Source of the DNA: Tricharina praecox
Lineage: Eukaryota
Assembly (NCBI RefSeq): GCF_024521635.1
Contig: NW_026250410.1
Span: 248,001-312,000, forward strand
Length of the DNA: 64,000 nucleotides
Reading direction: 5' to 3'
Numbering within the stretch: position 1 is the first letter of the stretch; every line of letters starts with the position of its first letter. Of this stretch, positions 48,673-61,539 are shown one piece after another. The position numbers and the translations under genes are program-made. The notes beneath the pieces are model-generated. The model saw only the letters and a program-made list of their open reading frames with translations. It searched no databases and had not been told where the DNA came from.

Positions 48673-50769
48673 GGGATTTTGGTAGGGGGTCTGTCGAAAA
48701 GGCGAGGAAGGGTGATGGAGTTTGTATGGTGTTGAATCAGAGGACTTCGTCTGTGGGAGTGCGAGTGTGGCTGGCAGCGATGGAGCTGTTGGTGTTGGGG
48801 AGGATGGGGGTGGTTGCAGTGGGTTGGTTGTGGTTGTGGTGGTGGTGATGGCAGTGATGGTAATGTTCCGAATGCTGATGGGATTGAATATTGATGTTAG
48901 GATGGAGTGGAGGGAGGTTTATATATTTCGATGGGTTCTTGGGGGGCGACCTGGTGGCCGCCGCCTCCCTCGACATCAGACTGAGCAAGATGAGGTGCAC
49001 ACATTCAGTCTCGCTTGTCATTCCGACACTTGCATTGCCGGTTAACTTGCGCCTTGTGCCGTGGGAGCTGCCGGTAGGATGGATGGCTTTGAGAGTCGGA
49101 CCGGCAAACAGACAGCCAGACAGACAGCCAGACAGACAGCCATCCATCCAGCATCCATGGACAGCCACCGAGCCAGCCAGCCAGCCAGCCAGCCAGTCAG
49201 TCAGCCAGTGACGGACGAAAGCAGGCGGCAAGCAAGCACGCAAACACTCACGTCCGGAGTCGTCTTCCCACATCCGGATGATGCGTGAATCAAAGTGCCC
49301 ACTCTGGGAGGGGAAAGTGAGCCCTGCAGCTTGCAGCCGGCAGCAGCAGTAGTTCGTAGCAGCATCACCACCACCACCACCATCACCACCACCACCATCA
49401 CCACCACCACCATCACCACCCCACGCTCGCGGCCCATACCCACCTAACCGAGCCTGGCTCGCAGTCCAGGTGGACTGTGACTGGCTGACTGGCTGACTGG
49501 TGGGGCAACTCCCCCTCCGCAAGGATGGAAACGGGGTCTGCGAACTGACCCATCTACTCTGGAGTAGTTACCCCGACCACTCTGCTGCGTGCTCTGCGTT
49601 CTGCGTCCTCTGCATACGAGGCACAAGGGGTTGGTTGGCTGCGAGACACGGGTGGCGGCCGATGATCTCATGGCTACCGCCGATCCCGGAATATTCAGGG
49701 TCCCCCGACGCCGATCCTGACATCAAATCCAACGACGCTGCGGTTTCTCCACTTCCTCGCACACACCGCCGGAGTGGGGGCAAGCAAGTAAGCACTCGAG
49801 TACCCAGGAATGCGTCTGCATCGAAGATGGCATTTCCATCTCGACGGGGGGCCTTTTGCTTCTGGAAATCCACAATCCACAATCCACCCCCGCCCGAGCT
49901 AGCTGCTTCTCAAGCCCCGGAACCATCCACCCAACCCACCCCAACCCCAGACTGCATCCTGCATTCGCCCCAGCGTTGCCCAGTGTGGCTTGCATGATGA
50001 CAACGCGATGCGCGACGACGACATCCGCTGGAATTGCCTGCTCCTGCCTTTCCTCTTGCTCGTCCTGTTTCTTGTCCGTTAAAGCGGCGTGGACGAAAAA
50101 CAAATCAAAAAAAGTAAATTAAAAAAAATACGCCAGATGAGAATCTTGATGCCGCTCCTCCTGGTCAGATCTCAAACGTCCCTTTCCCTTTCCCCTTCCC
50201 CTTCCACTTCCGCTTCCCTCCGCCGCATTCGCGATACCATCCCGCCCCGTCACGGCGGATGGCGTCCCTGGACTAGGCAGGTTGATCCCCCTTGCTAACA
50301 TACCCACTACGTACCTCTCGCCGGACCCGGACTTTCTTCCGCAAGGCTGGAAACCGTGGAGTGCTCCTCCAGGTTTGTGAAACACCCACCACTGACCACC
50401 ACTGACCACCACTACCGCTGTCCCGCCGCCGCCGCCGCCGCTGCACGCCAGCACGCCAGGTGGAAAAAGCAACCACTCAACTTCCCTTTCCTTTCCTTTC
50501 CGGTTCGCAAGAACGTTCCCGCGGGTATGATATGTACGAATATGTACTGTACTGAGTAGGCTCTCGTAGCTACCAAGTAAGTACCCTCCACGTCCGTTTG
50601 GTCTGGTGGCAATTGTCTCAACTTACTCTATGATACATAGAGTAGTACCTATCCTATCCTATTCTACCCTATCATATCCTGGAGTACCTCTCCAGAGCAC
50701 CTATCTACGGTAGGTACGGTACTCTATGCCCCCTGTCTTGAGATCTCACTCGCGTCCTCATGATTCACC

Positions 50770-50837
50770 CACCCATCCATCCATCCATCCATCCATCCAT
50801 CCATCCATCCATCCATCCATCCATCCATCCATCCATC
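50770..50837. repeat. (CATC)n microsatellite
   Basis: Read directly. Confidence 0.9.
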
Positions 50838-53444
50838 CTCTTGGCCAAGTACCCACCTATCATAATAGGCACCCCCGAAACATCGGTGACCCCCGATTCC
50901 TGCACGCTGCAACTGCGTCCGGCCATCGTGATGATAGATCTACCAAGGTACTCTACTTTACTCTACTGATGTCGGCAGACGTCGTGTGTGTGTGTGGGGG
51001 GGGGGGGGGGGGTATAGCACTTACCTACCTCTCACTTACGTTTCTCATCCTCCTCCTCCTTCTCGGACGTCCGTCTGGGCAAAAACCTGTATGTATGTGT
51101 GCAGATCACGATCATCATACATACAGCCAGGCAGGCAGACTGAAGCGACGTATCCCCCCCCCCCCCCCCTACCCCCACCGGAAACAGCAACGCAAGATAC
51201 AATCATGCAAAAGCCTAACCGGCCTGAGCCAGCACGGCGGGATAATCCTTCACGAAGGGCGGCCAGTTCGGGAAATGCTCGGCGTAGGCATGTAAACTAA
51301 TCTCGAAGTGGTCCGAAGTGATCGGTGATGTGGGCTTTGCATCACACCTTATGGGTTGCCGTGCGGAGGTAGGTTACTCTAGGTAGCAAGTGAGCAAGCA
51401 AAGCAGGCAGGTAAGTAAGCATTCTTCCAGTTTCGGGCTTCGGACAGAGGACAGACAAGGAGGATGGCAGAGCACCAGAGCATCATCTCACTCTAAATTC
51501 CCATGACGGAAGCTTGATTCGACGGCGGGGGGACCGGTAACCAGACGGTCATCGACGACGGGCTTTGAGTTTTCGACGGATATAGGTATGCAAGAAGCAG
51601 ACCTTCCATTTCCCTGCTGAAGGATCTTGCTAATTACGTACGGACAGTATAGTACCTGATTACGTACAGTAAAGTATTTCTCCCGGTACGGCGGTACCTA
51701 TGACTGGGAGGGTGCTAACCGGCCTGTACCGCATCTACGCATATAAGTAGTTGGTTTGTTGATTCACAGGCATCGGTATGAGCATAGATATTACCTATCT
51801 GTTACAAGTTACAAGTTAAATCCCAGACCCAAAGCTTGAAATTTCGTGCGGAATGTACACGAGTACGGTACTGTACGGTACCTACTGTACATTTCGAGAT
51901 ATGCAATAGCCGGTCATCCTTCCTGCACCTGCAGCTATGTACGGTATGTATGAGTGAGTGAGATCGGTATGCATGCCCAATACCCGCGATTCCGGCCCTC
52001 CTCCACCAAAGGAGACATCTTGGTGGCTGGGGCTTGTATATGGATATGAAGATGCAGATGCAGATGCAAAAGCAGCGGTGGGTAGAGTGGAGGAAACCCG
52101 CTGGAGAATACGCACACACACATATACAGAGAGAGATATGTACGAGGACGTCAATCCGCGTGCGGCCTGCAACGTCCGTAGCCCACGAACGCACCAGCGA
52201 GGACACCGTGGTCCATACTATACCACAATAGCATACCGGTGAGCCGCCGATCTTCTGCATCTTCTGCATCCATCCATCCATCCATCCATCCATCCATTCT
52301 CTTCCTTCCATCCATAGGAGGGAGGTACTACTCTACTTTAGGCATACATTCGAGACATGCACCCAGCAACCACCGTGAAGATCTTCCCCGGTTTGTAGCG
52401 GCTGTGGAGTATATCCTGCAGCAATGCAGCAAGTGCACATAAACATAAACCAGCCCTGGGCAGTGGGGCCTAAACAATCTGCCTGCCAGCCAGCCAGCCA
52501 TGACTATCACTGTTGTTGCTTTACTGCGCTGCGCTGTGCCATTGAACCGCAGAATGCCCCCTTCTGGAATGGCGTCGATGGGGGGCTTACTTTACTTTAG
52601 GTCGTGGTGTTTATGCGGACCTCCTGGCTTGCTGCTTGCTGGAGCATCGGTGCGAGCGCACAAACGCAGCCGCTCGTCATCCCCCCATCCCACCCCTCCT
52701 CCCACTCCCTAGTAAGCCAGTGAGCCGACATCGTTGACCGCGACAGGAATAGACAGATACCGTATATCATAAACCAAGGCCCAGTCAATGGCAGTAGCAG
52801 TGGCAGTGACAGTGGCAGTGACATATCGTCAGCCCTATGTGCATACGGTAGTGAGACCTAATGTCTCACCACGAGTCCTAATGTATACTAGCACATAATC
52901 CCTCGGAATGTTGGCACAACGGCACTCGCTCGGGCAGAGCGCTGCCGGGGTCTTAGCCGGGGAATCCTTCGGCTCCTCCACGGGATGGAGCGGTGAGAGC
53001 GCCACCGGCTTGGTGGAGTGGGGAGATGGCTGCTTGCCGAACCCGGGCGGCTGGCCCCGTCGTGGGTGGGTCCGTTGGTCTTGTCTTGGGTTGAGTTGGG
53101 AAACCATGGTTTCGTCCAACTACCGTAGTTAGGCCGGGGGGCGGGGGACGAAGATGAGGATGAGGACGTGAACTCCCGGGGCGGCCCGGAATCTTCAACC
53201 TTGGTCGGGCCATGATCGAATGATCAGTGTCGAAGCCACTCTCACTCGCTCGTTCACTCGTAACCTACTTCTTCCATGTCGCGTCCTGTCCTGTCCTATC
53301 CAGAGTTATGTAGAACCGAAAACAAGTTTTATGTCGATATCTCACCAGGTACGTCCCTGGGTATCATGCCAACTGGGCCCACTCACATGATCCCGGCCCT
53401 GCGCCTAGTGAGATTTCGTGGAGGCTGGAGATTCCTTCCTTCGG

Positions 53445-54180
53445 AATTACACTCTAAGGCTTCATCCACCTCATGGCTCGTTCGCTCCAAGGGTTCATTC
53501 ACCCCAAGCCGCCATGTCACCCACAGACTCCAAATGAGTATTTCCGGGGCGCAGTTCCAAGGATTCAATCCTCCACTCCAAAGCTTCATTCACCTCCGCG
53601 GCTTCGTTCGCTCTAAGGCTTCATTCTACTCCAAGGCTTCATTCACCTCACGGCTCGTTCGTTCCAAGGCTTCATTCCTCCACTCGGCGGCTTCATTCCA
53701 CTCGGCGGCTTCATTTACCTCCCGGCTTCATTCACCTCCCGGCTCGTTCGCTCCAACCACTCCACGGGGCTCCATTCATCTCACGGCTCGTTCACTCCAA
53801 GGCTCCATTCAACTCGCCGGCTTCATTCATCTCACGTCTCGTTCACTCCACGGCTTCGTTCACTCCACGGCTTCGTTCACTCCACGGCTTCATTCCACTC
53901 CAAGGCTTCGTTCCACTCGGCGGCTTCATTCAACTCACAGCTCGTTCACTCCAAGCCGCCATGTCACCCACAGACTCCAAACGAGAATTTTCAGGGCGCA
54001 ATTCCAAGGCTTCAAATTTCAATCCTCCACTCCGCGACTCCATGCCTCAGTTCACTCCCAGACTCAATCTCACTCCGAAGCTTCACCTCCGTTCCGCTCC
54101 AAACTTCAATCCCCAGCCAGTCTCTCCAGAACCTCGATTCCCTGACTTCGCTCCACTCCGCCTCTCCAAGCTTCATTCAA
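53445..54180. repeat. Complex degenerate minisatellite built of about 17-18 bp GGCTTCRTTCACTCC units plus a duplicated block of about 80 bp
   Basis: Many GGCTTCATTC/GGCTCGTTC..CTCCA units. The block CCAAGCCGCCATGTCACCCACAGACTCCAAA..GGGCGCA.TTCCAAGG..TTCAATCCTCCACTCC occurs at about 53504 and about 53951. Confidence 0.8.
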
Positions 54181-55072
54181 TTCCACGGTCCCAGCCGAGA
54201 GTTTTCAGAAGTTCGATCGAATTCCGGAAACCAACCCAAGTGCACGCTCCGACAGCCTTCGACTACCGGATTCCAAGAGCTATCTCGAAATACACGTTCT
54301 AGTGCTCAGACCCATAGCCGTACACATCTACCGAGTATTTCGTTCCAACTTCTGACCGGCGAGGGAGGGATAGGTACTTCAAGTCGCATGATATTTCGTG
54401 ATGCACACTCGCACTTGCGCCCTGCCACTGCCACTGCCACTGTACTCTCACACAAACCCGATTCGTTTCGTTCCCGATACCATCAATACCATCAATAGAA
54501 ATTATATTCCCGTTGAGAGCAACGCTACCCACCCAAGTCCCAAGTAAAGCAACTTACAAAGTATCTACATAGCCCGCATCCAACCAACAGTAAGTAAGTA
54601 AGGAAGAGTAAGAAAGTAAGAAAGTACAACAATGGACACCGTCGCCGCCCCCTAATCTAACTAACCCCCCAAGCAACCCCAAAGCAACCCCTCGACCGAA
54701 TGAATGAAAAGAAAACAAAAACAAAAAAAAAGGTGGCATAAAAGGTAGAGTACAAACGAAATACCTAATGTATAGTACAAATCTCATCCCCCGGACAATC
54801 AAGCAAGCAAGCAAGAAACAAACAGCTCAGAACGCCAATAGGCCATCCAGACCAGCACCAGAAGGATGAAAATAACAACGAAATCAAGAGTTGAAAGAGG
54901 AAAAAAAGACAATGGACAAAACAAAACACCAACCCCAACCCCAACCCCGACCAATCAACTCCAATCTGAAAAAAAAAATATAGGAAGAAAAAAGATAGGA
55001 AAAAAGATAGGTGGAAAAAAATACAAGGAAAAAGAGAAGAAAATAACAAAGAAAACGAATCGCCCATCTCCC

Positions 55073-58000
55073 TTACGACGAGCGAACGGCCCTCCAAGGG
55101 TCACTGGGACCCTCAGGCCCGGGCACCTCCGTCATCCTGATCACCGTAGGCTCCAGCTTGAGTTCTGCTGCTGGTTCCTCTGGCTCAGTGTTGTCGGTGT
55201 CAACATTCGCCTCCTTAACGAGCTGCTCGCCAGGCGAGTCCTCTTTTTCCTGAGAGCTAACGGCATCTCCATCATCGTCGGAGGTATGGTCAGAGGTACT
55301 CGGCGATTTCGACATTGGTGAGGGCAGGGGCAACGAAGAGGGCACGGGTAGGGGGGAGGATGGGGGACTGTCGACCACCTTGGATTCCTGAGGCTCGGTT
55401 TCCTGTTCTTCGTACAGGCTGCACACGAGATCGAAGATTTTCTTCCTCAGGGTCGGGATGCCTTCCACCTTCCAGATCTCGTTATCGCAACTCAAGTTCC
55501 GGGCGAGGAAGGATGCCACGAAGGTCTCAACATGGTCTAGAAAGACTTCGCTGTAATGCAAAGCGTGGACGCCACAATCGTACCCATTGTCCTGGTCAGG
55601 ATTCTGTAAAGATTAATAAATGACCTGCCCACGGGAAGTTGGTAAATATCTTACCTTGGCACTGCAGCCCTTGATTTCGGCTTTTGAAATCTCCAGGCCA
55701 CGCTTGACCTTCGCTTCGTGGATTAACCATTCCCTTAGCCTGGCAATAGCAGCCTGCCGTGGCACATTCATTGAATCCAAGATAATGATCGCAGGTCTAT
55801 TGTATGTCAGCCACCAGCAATTAGTATGCGGGATCATTTTACATACGTGTTTGGCGGAACGTAGTGTTTACTCTTCCGCTTAGCTTTCGATCCATTCCCA
55901 TATGCGTAATTAGACGAAGAGTCAATGCCTAGAGTTTTGGGGGATAGTTTGGCGCTGTGATTGCTGGCTTCCTTCTCGCCGTCTAGTCGCTCGACCTCAT
56001 CCTCCGACGGCCACTCGTCTTTATCGACCGACATGCTCTCTGTGCTAGTCAGGGTGTCTGAAACATCAGACGATCTGTCGGTGGAAGGATCCACGGCGGC
56101 TACCGGCTCATCGGCGGATGCCTCATCCGAGTCCGTGTTGGGCGTGTCGACCACAAGCTTTCGCTCCAAATTATGAAGGTTGCACACGATAGCGAGGTAC
56201 CAATGAGAGCTATACAACGTTAGTATGAAACACTTGCCTGCCAAAGTGACTTGAGTTACCATTCATTAATCGGGATTATGATGTAGTTCTTTTTGAACAA
56301 ATCAAGCTTCGCAGTCCACTTCAAGATTCCGTCCAGATTCTTCTCCTTGCTGGCGCCGATCCTGTTCTTTTGGCAGAGGCGCTCGTAGAAAAAAGTATTC
56401 ATGAAGTGGACTTGTTCTGACAACCGGGGATTCTTCTCTTTGAGGGTCACATCAAGATACCTAAAGATGTCAGCGCATACCTTAAACCAAATCCGTGCCG
56501 ACCTACTTCATGTAGAAATTGATGATGTTGTCGTTCAGCCACTCCTCCGGATTCAATCGGTAGAGGTCATCGTATTCGACAGGCGTACGTCCTAGACCAC
56601 TAGATGGGTAGATCAATGGCCGGGACCATCGTGGCTCCGGCAATTGCAGCGATTTTGTGCGTTTATTTGCCCACACCAGATCTTCGTCTATTTCCAAGGG
56701 GCGTTTGACAGCCTCCTTCATGCCTTCGTTGCTAGGCTTGTCGCTTCTGGTGGTTCTCTTCGTCTGCGTAAGACTTAGGAACGGCATACGGCCGCCCGTA
56801 CTCCTGGTAGACCTCCGTCTCTCCTGTGAACTATGTTCCTGTAAAGACTTCGCGAGTGCAAAATCGATGGCTTCCTGCGCAGTCATAGGCCTTGCAGTAT
56901 CACTAGAGGGCGCCCGAGACTTGGAAGGTCCTCGTGGTTCTGGATCAGAGCTCCGGATCCCGAATTTCTGCTCCATTTCACGCAAACGTTCGAAATCTTC
57001 AGGATCCTCTACGAGCGACACCTGTTCGTGGCGTGAATTGTGCATTTTGATGTTCTGGCAGTGTTTCTTCATCCGCTCACTAGACCGGCATTAGTAGGGG
57101 AAGTATTTCAACAGGTCAAGATAAACTTACTCATCGACCTGGTGGACTTTTTTGCGCTCCAATTCGGAGGTGAGAGCACCCCTCACTTCCTCTATATCTT
57201 TTTTGTTTGTAATGGCAAGGTAACCATAAGTATGTTTCGTCCCGTGGAACTCAAGCCCAATTTGATTCTCGCAGTGCTGTAGAACTGTCAGCAGGGCAAA
57301 CAAACACGGTAGGGAGTAGTAAGAGAAGTGTACATAGAGCTTCACAAAATCTGCGGAAAAATCCGCAAGCACTTCGGAAGCCTTAGTGTGCCCATCCACT
57401 TTTTTGACTCGGAATTGCGCTCCTTTTCCGTTCCGTTTCGCTTCCCACTCCAGATGGAGATCCTCCCCGTTTCTCGGATCCGAATTCGCTTGTAGCGTAC
57501 CCTTCTGGAATGTCGTAATCTGCCAGTGCTTATTAAGTTTATTCTGGGACACCAAACCACGAGGCTTTCGGCCGCCGGAGCTGCCATTGGCGCTGCCGCC
57601 GCCGCTGCCACTCCATCTATTCGGCTGGGAGGACCACAGCTGCGATTTACCCCCGATCGTCTGCCGTGCCCTCTTACCCCCTCCGATCTCCGCTCGCGAG
57701 TTCGGATTTCCGTCGCCACCGGGGGAGTCCAGCGTTCCCTTGAGGTTTTCGGCTATGGGATCGCTGATGTCCTCCCCCAGCTGTCTCATGCGCTTTCGGA
57801 GGTTCGTCTGGGGAGCGGAGCCGCGATCGCCAGAGATTTTGTCGACATGTCGAGAGGGACCGCTCTACAATCAGTAAGTCACCGACACGGAACCGCGGAA
57901 CGACGACGACTGGATGAATCGTACCAAGAGGCTGGAGTGTTCGGTTTGACTATATGGAGTCGGTATTGTTTCGGAGTCTGCGCTTCTGCTGGGCCACAAC

Positions 58001-58303
58001 CTGTCAGCCCACAAATCTCACAACCGCAAGAGGGCGACGGTGTACCGACGCGAATGTTGGAAAATGCTTCTTTTCTATTGCTCCAGATGTGGTGAAATCC
58101 TGTTTGCCTTCCTATCTGGGAGGTTAGCTACGGCGCTCAAAGCCTGCTAGCAGGTCTGCGTGAACACTGACATGTGGCCGCGAACGCCCAGATCGGGGTG
58201 GCGGTAATGGAGGCGCCTTTTCTTCGATTGTGTCGCTGTCGGTTTCGATAGGATCGGTAGAGAGCTGCCGAGGCGCCTGCCCGGAGGCGAAGCCCGGCGG
58301 CAT
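55073..58303 (-). CDS. ULP2: Ulp2/SENP-like SUMO protease (Peptidase C48), multi-exon; 5' exons uncertain
   Basis: DDLYRLNPEEWLNDNIINFY, FMNTFFYERL, IIIPINE, HWYLAIVCN (His), IIILDS (Asp) and QDNGYDCG (Gln, Cys). An acidic insertion splits the catalytic domain. Exons upstream of 57864 could not be phased cleanly, so the start at 58303 is tentative. Confidence 0.85.
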
Positions 58304-60142
58304 GGTTCGAGAGGTAAGGGCAGTTGGCTTATTGTTGTTTTGAGGGAGTAGTAGGAAGTTCTCGGGGATGTGCTTCGCTCAAGTTAAGAGTTAAGGAGGA
58401 ACGAGGAGGGGTTTCGTGGACATGCGAGGGTGATTGATCGGTTGGAGTAGGGTTTTTGCTGTCGCTTGTAGTGGTGGTGTGGGATGGCGGGTCCGTTACG
58501 CCGCAGGTATGGAGAGATCGCTCGGAACACTAGACAGAACTAACGATGTCGCTCTTTGTCGTAGAGGAGGAGTTGTCGTGGTGGGTTTGCTTGCGGCAAG
58601 ACGTTCTGGCGCGGGCGGTGTGGTTACGCCTAGGGAATCTTGACAGGGTTCCGCGTCCCGGTGATTGTGTCCTAAGATGCCAAGCGTGCAGGCTGTATGT
58701 ATCAGACTCACGTGCAGTGAATTGTATGCGCAAGTCGGGGTGTATCAAGCACTGTTCTACGCTGCTCTACTGGCTTCTTGCGTGTCGTCCTGACCACCAG
58801 CGTAGATTAACTAGCGGCGGTCTGTTCTTGTCGCGTACCGATACCAGGCTACGCACATCAAAACCTAGATATCGACTTATGAGCTCGTCTCAGAGCGGCT
58901 ATTGAAAATTTCTCTACTTCCTCCAGCGTTCCAAGGGCAGTTTTCACCCTCACCATGCTGATCTTCAACGGATAGTTAATTTGAGAACAGAGGCTCTGCT
59001 ACAGTTTCTTTACATATATGCAAGGAAGAAGACTTAAGTGGTGACCACTTCCATTGCAGTTGTACTGCAACTAGCCCCATTAAGGTTGTACACTAGCCGG
59101 TTGCAGCAAAATGAGTGAGCCACTGTGAGAGTCCGTGTGGAGGGCAACTGCCTTGGAACGTACGGCGAAATGGAAGTGGTCACGACATACCCTTGCATGT
59201 ACATATTCTATCCCGCAAGGTGCATAGTGCCTTCTACACGTTCTTCGAAGCGCTTCTGTACTAAGGGCAAAGCGAATGAGCCCTATGTGACACAGAACAC
59301 CTCACGCTCGGTGCTGTGCAGTGGCCTTTCGACTGGCGTCTATCACCATCCAGCCTCTTGCGGCCTTGGATGCTCCCTTAAAATAGACTGCTCACATGTC
59401 ACCAAGTTATCTCACATGAGAACAAGTACGTCTACAGGCGTGAAACCGGAGTATGTTTGGGGAGTATCAGATCGTCAAATGCTACCAGCGCGAACATGAT
59501 CCCAACGGCCGAGTGATGACACATGAACTTTTTACAGCTCTTCGGTGATGGTGCTGGCACTAGTTTTTAGGACTCCCGTGATTTTGTTGTTGATATCGTC
59601 TGCTCAATACTATTGCATTCTGGTGGTCATCTGTGCGGCTGGTTTGGTCGGATAGCCTCAACGTTCTTTGTCTTCCCGCACAAGGGGGACTGTGGTCGCT
59701 TCCGGCCAATCTCGATTCTTTCGAGGCTAGAGGGGAGATCTCCAGGTGCTTCCAGACCGAAATCTTTCGACTCGCCTTTGCCGGCTGCATCTATTCTTCC
59801 TCCTCTCCTAACCCTACTCTACATGCAAGTCGGTCTTTGAAAGCTGGCGGCTGGCGCTTACTTTTCGCTTAAACGGAACTATTCTCGCACATCGGCCTCT
59901 TTTGGCGCCGACAATTCATCCGAAGGGTTCTCAGAAATTCGCAGTCAGGGAACTCTTCAGTCTGCATCAGCAAAGAAGCACTGCTGTTCACTTCAACAAC
60001 ATCCCTGCAAGAACGAATAGTTAGCTGCCGACCGCTCGCTGGCCGTCTCCTTTTCCAACATTCCCGTTCCTCGAACACGTACGCTCAATCCACAGCACAT
60101 CAAACGGAACAGCACAGAACACGTCCGAATATACGATTTACG

Positions 60143-60952
60143 ATGCGGTTATTGCTGCTGTTCGGAGCCGCCGTCTTGGCTACCCTGTGTCTGCTCGTCC
60201 CCTCCGCCGAAGCCACCGCCCTCACCTACAAGCTGCACGCAAACGAGAACCAGTGCTTTTACATTAATAACGAGAAGAAGTCAGCGAAAGTCGCGTTCTA
60301 CTTTGCCGTGAGTACTGCATAGCTCCCTTTGCTCGTAACTGCCACTGACGGCGATGTGCAGGTCCAATCTGGAGGTTCCTTCGATGTCGACTACAAAGTG
60401 ACGGGACCGAATGAGAAGGTGATCCTCGATGGATCCAAGGAGCGACAGGGCGACTTTGTCTTCACCGCCAACGACATCGGCGAGTACTCGTTCTGCTTCA
60501 GCAACGACATGTCGACCTTCGCCGAGAAGATGGTGGACTTCGAGATTGCGATCGAGAACGAGGCAAAGGCGGAATTACCATCTAAGCAAGGCACTTCCCC
60601 GGAGCATCTGTCTTCCCTCGAAGAGTCGCTTTTCAAGCTCTCAGGCCAGCTCTCGACCATCGCCCGTAACCAGAAGTACTTCCGCACCCGCGAGAACCGC
60701 AACTTCAGCACTGTTCGCTCCACCGAATCGCGGATATTCAACTTCTCGGTCATCGAATCCCTCATGATGGTTACGATGTCGTGCCTGCAGGTGTTCGTGG
60801 TCAGATTCTTCTTTCAGGGTGCCCGAAAAGGTGAGATTCTCCCCCACTACCGTCTTATGTTATCCTCCCCTTGGTCGACTGCTCTCCCGCCGGTTGACCA
60901 TGTTTTTGCATCACCCTGATTAATGCTGAAGCGTACTCTAGGCTATGTGTAA
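60143..60952 (+). CDS. ERP3: p24/emp24/gp25L ER-Golgi cargo receptor (Erp3-like, 3 exons)
   Basis: Signal peptide MRLLLLFGAAVL.., GOLD domain (CFY..FYFAVQSGGSFDVDY..GEYSFCFSN), coiled coil QKYFRTRENRN, TM and tail FFFQGARKGYV. Introns are about 60308-60361 and 60831-60941. Confidence 0.9.
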
Positions 60953-61539
60953 ATATGATCTTCTTCTTTCTCTTGTGGACGTCGTTGTTTGCGCTTCAGC
61001 AGATTGTTCTTAAATCAATGGAGTTATGACTATTTGCGATGTGTTCCTCGTGATTTCGGGCGATGCCTGTGTTCCTTTACCCGCTTGCTTGTTTGGTTGT
61101 CGTTTACGAGAAATGTGAACAAACGGAAATTCTTCCCCAGGAATGCTGATGTTTCAAAGACCCTGTGAGCGGCGGTGCAGTGCCCATCGGCGTGGTCTGT
61201 CCTAACGGGTTAGAGCTCAGGTGTCCACACAAAGCATCATCGCCCTCCCAAAGCCTGCTTATTTGCACTTCCCTTTCACTGTCCTCCTTGGTTCCGATTC
61301 CGTCCAGGACCTCCCATACCTTCCCCATGCATCCACTGACCATACCCCGCCGACGTCAGGGTCAATGCGGATGCAACGGTACTTACTACTCCTATAAGGT
61401 TTACACTACCACGTCTTTGTTCTGTTGTAGGGGCCTCCCACCTCCTATGGCCTTTGTTCTCCTCGGCCGGATATAACAAAGCAGCTATGTGGGAAGAAGA
61501 CGCCCACTCACACTCTATTACTTCCACCACCACAGCAAG

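Noticed and set aside
54270..54303. Possible Helitron 3' end (CTAG followed by T) after the complex minisatellite
   Set aside because: The upstream hairpin is weak and no matching 5' TC boundary was identified.
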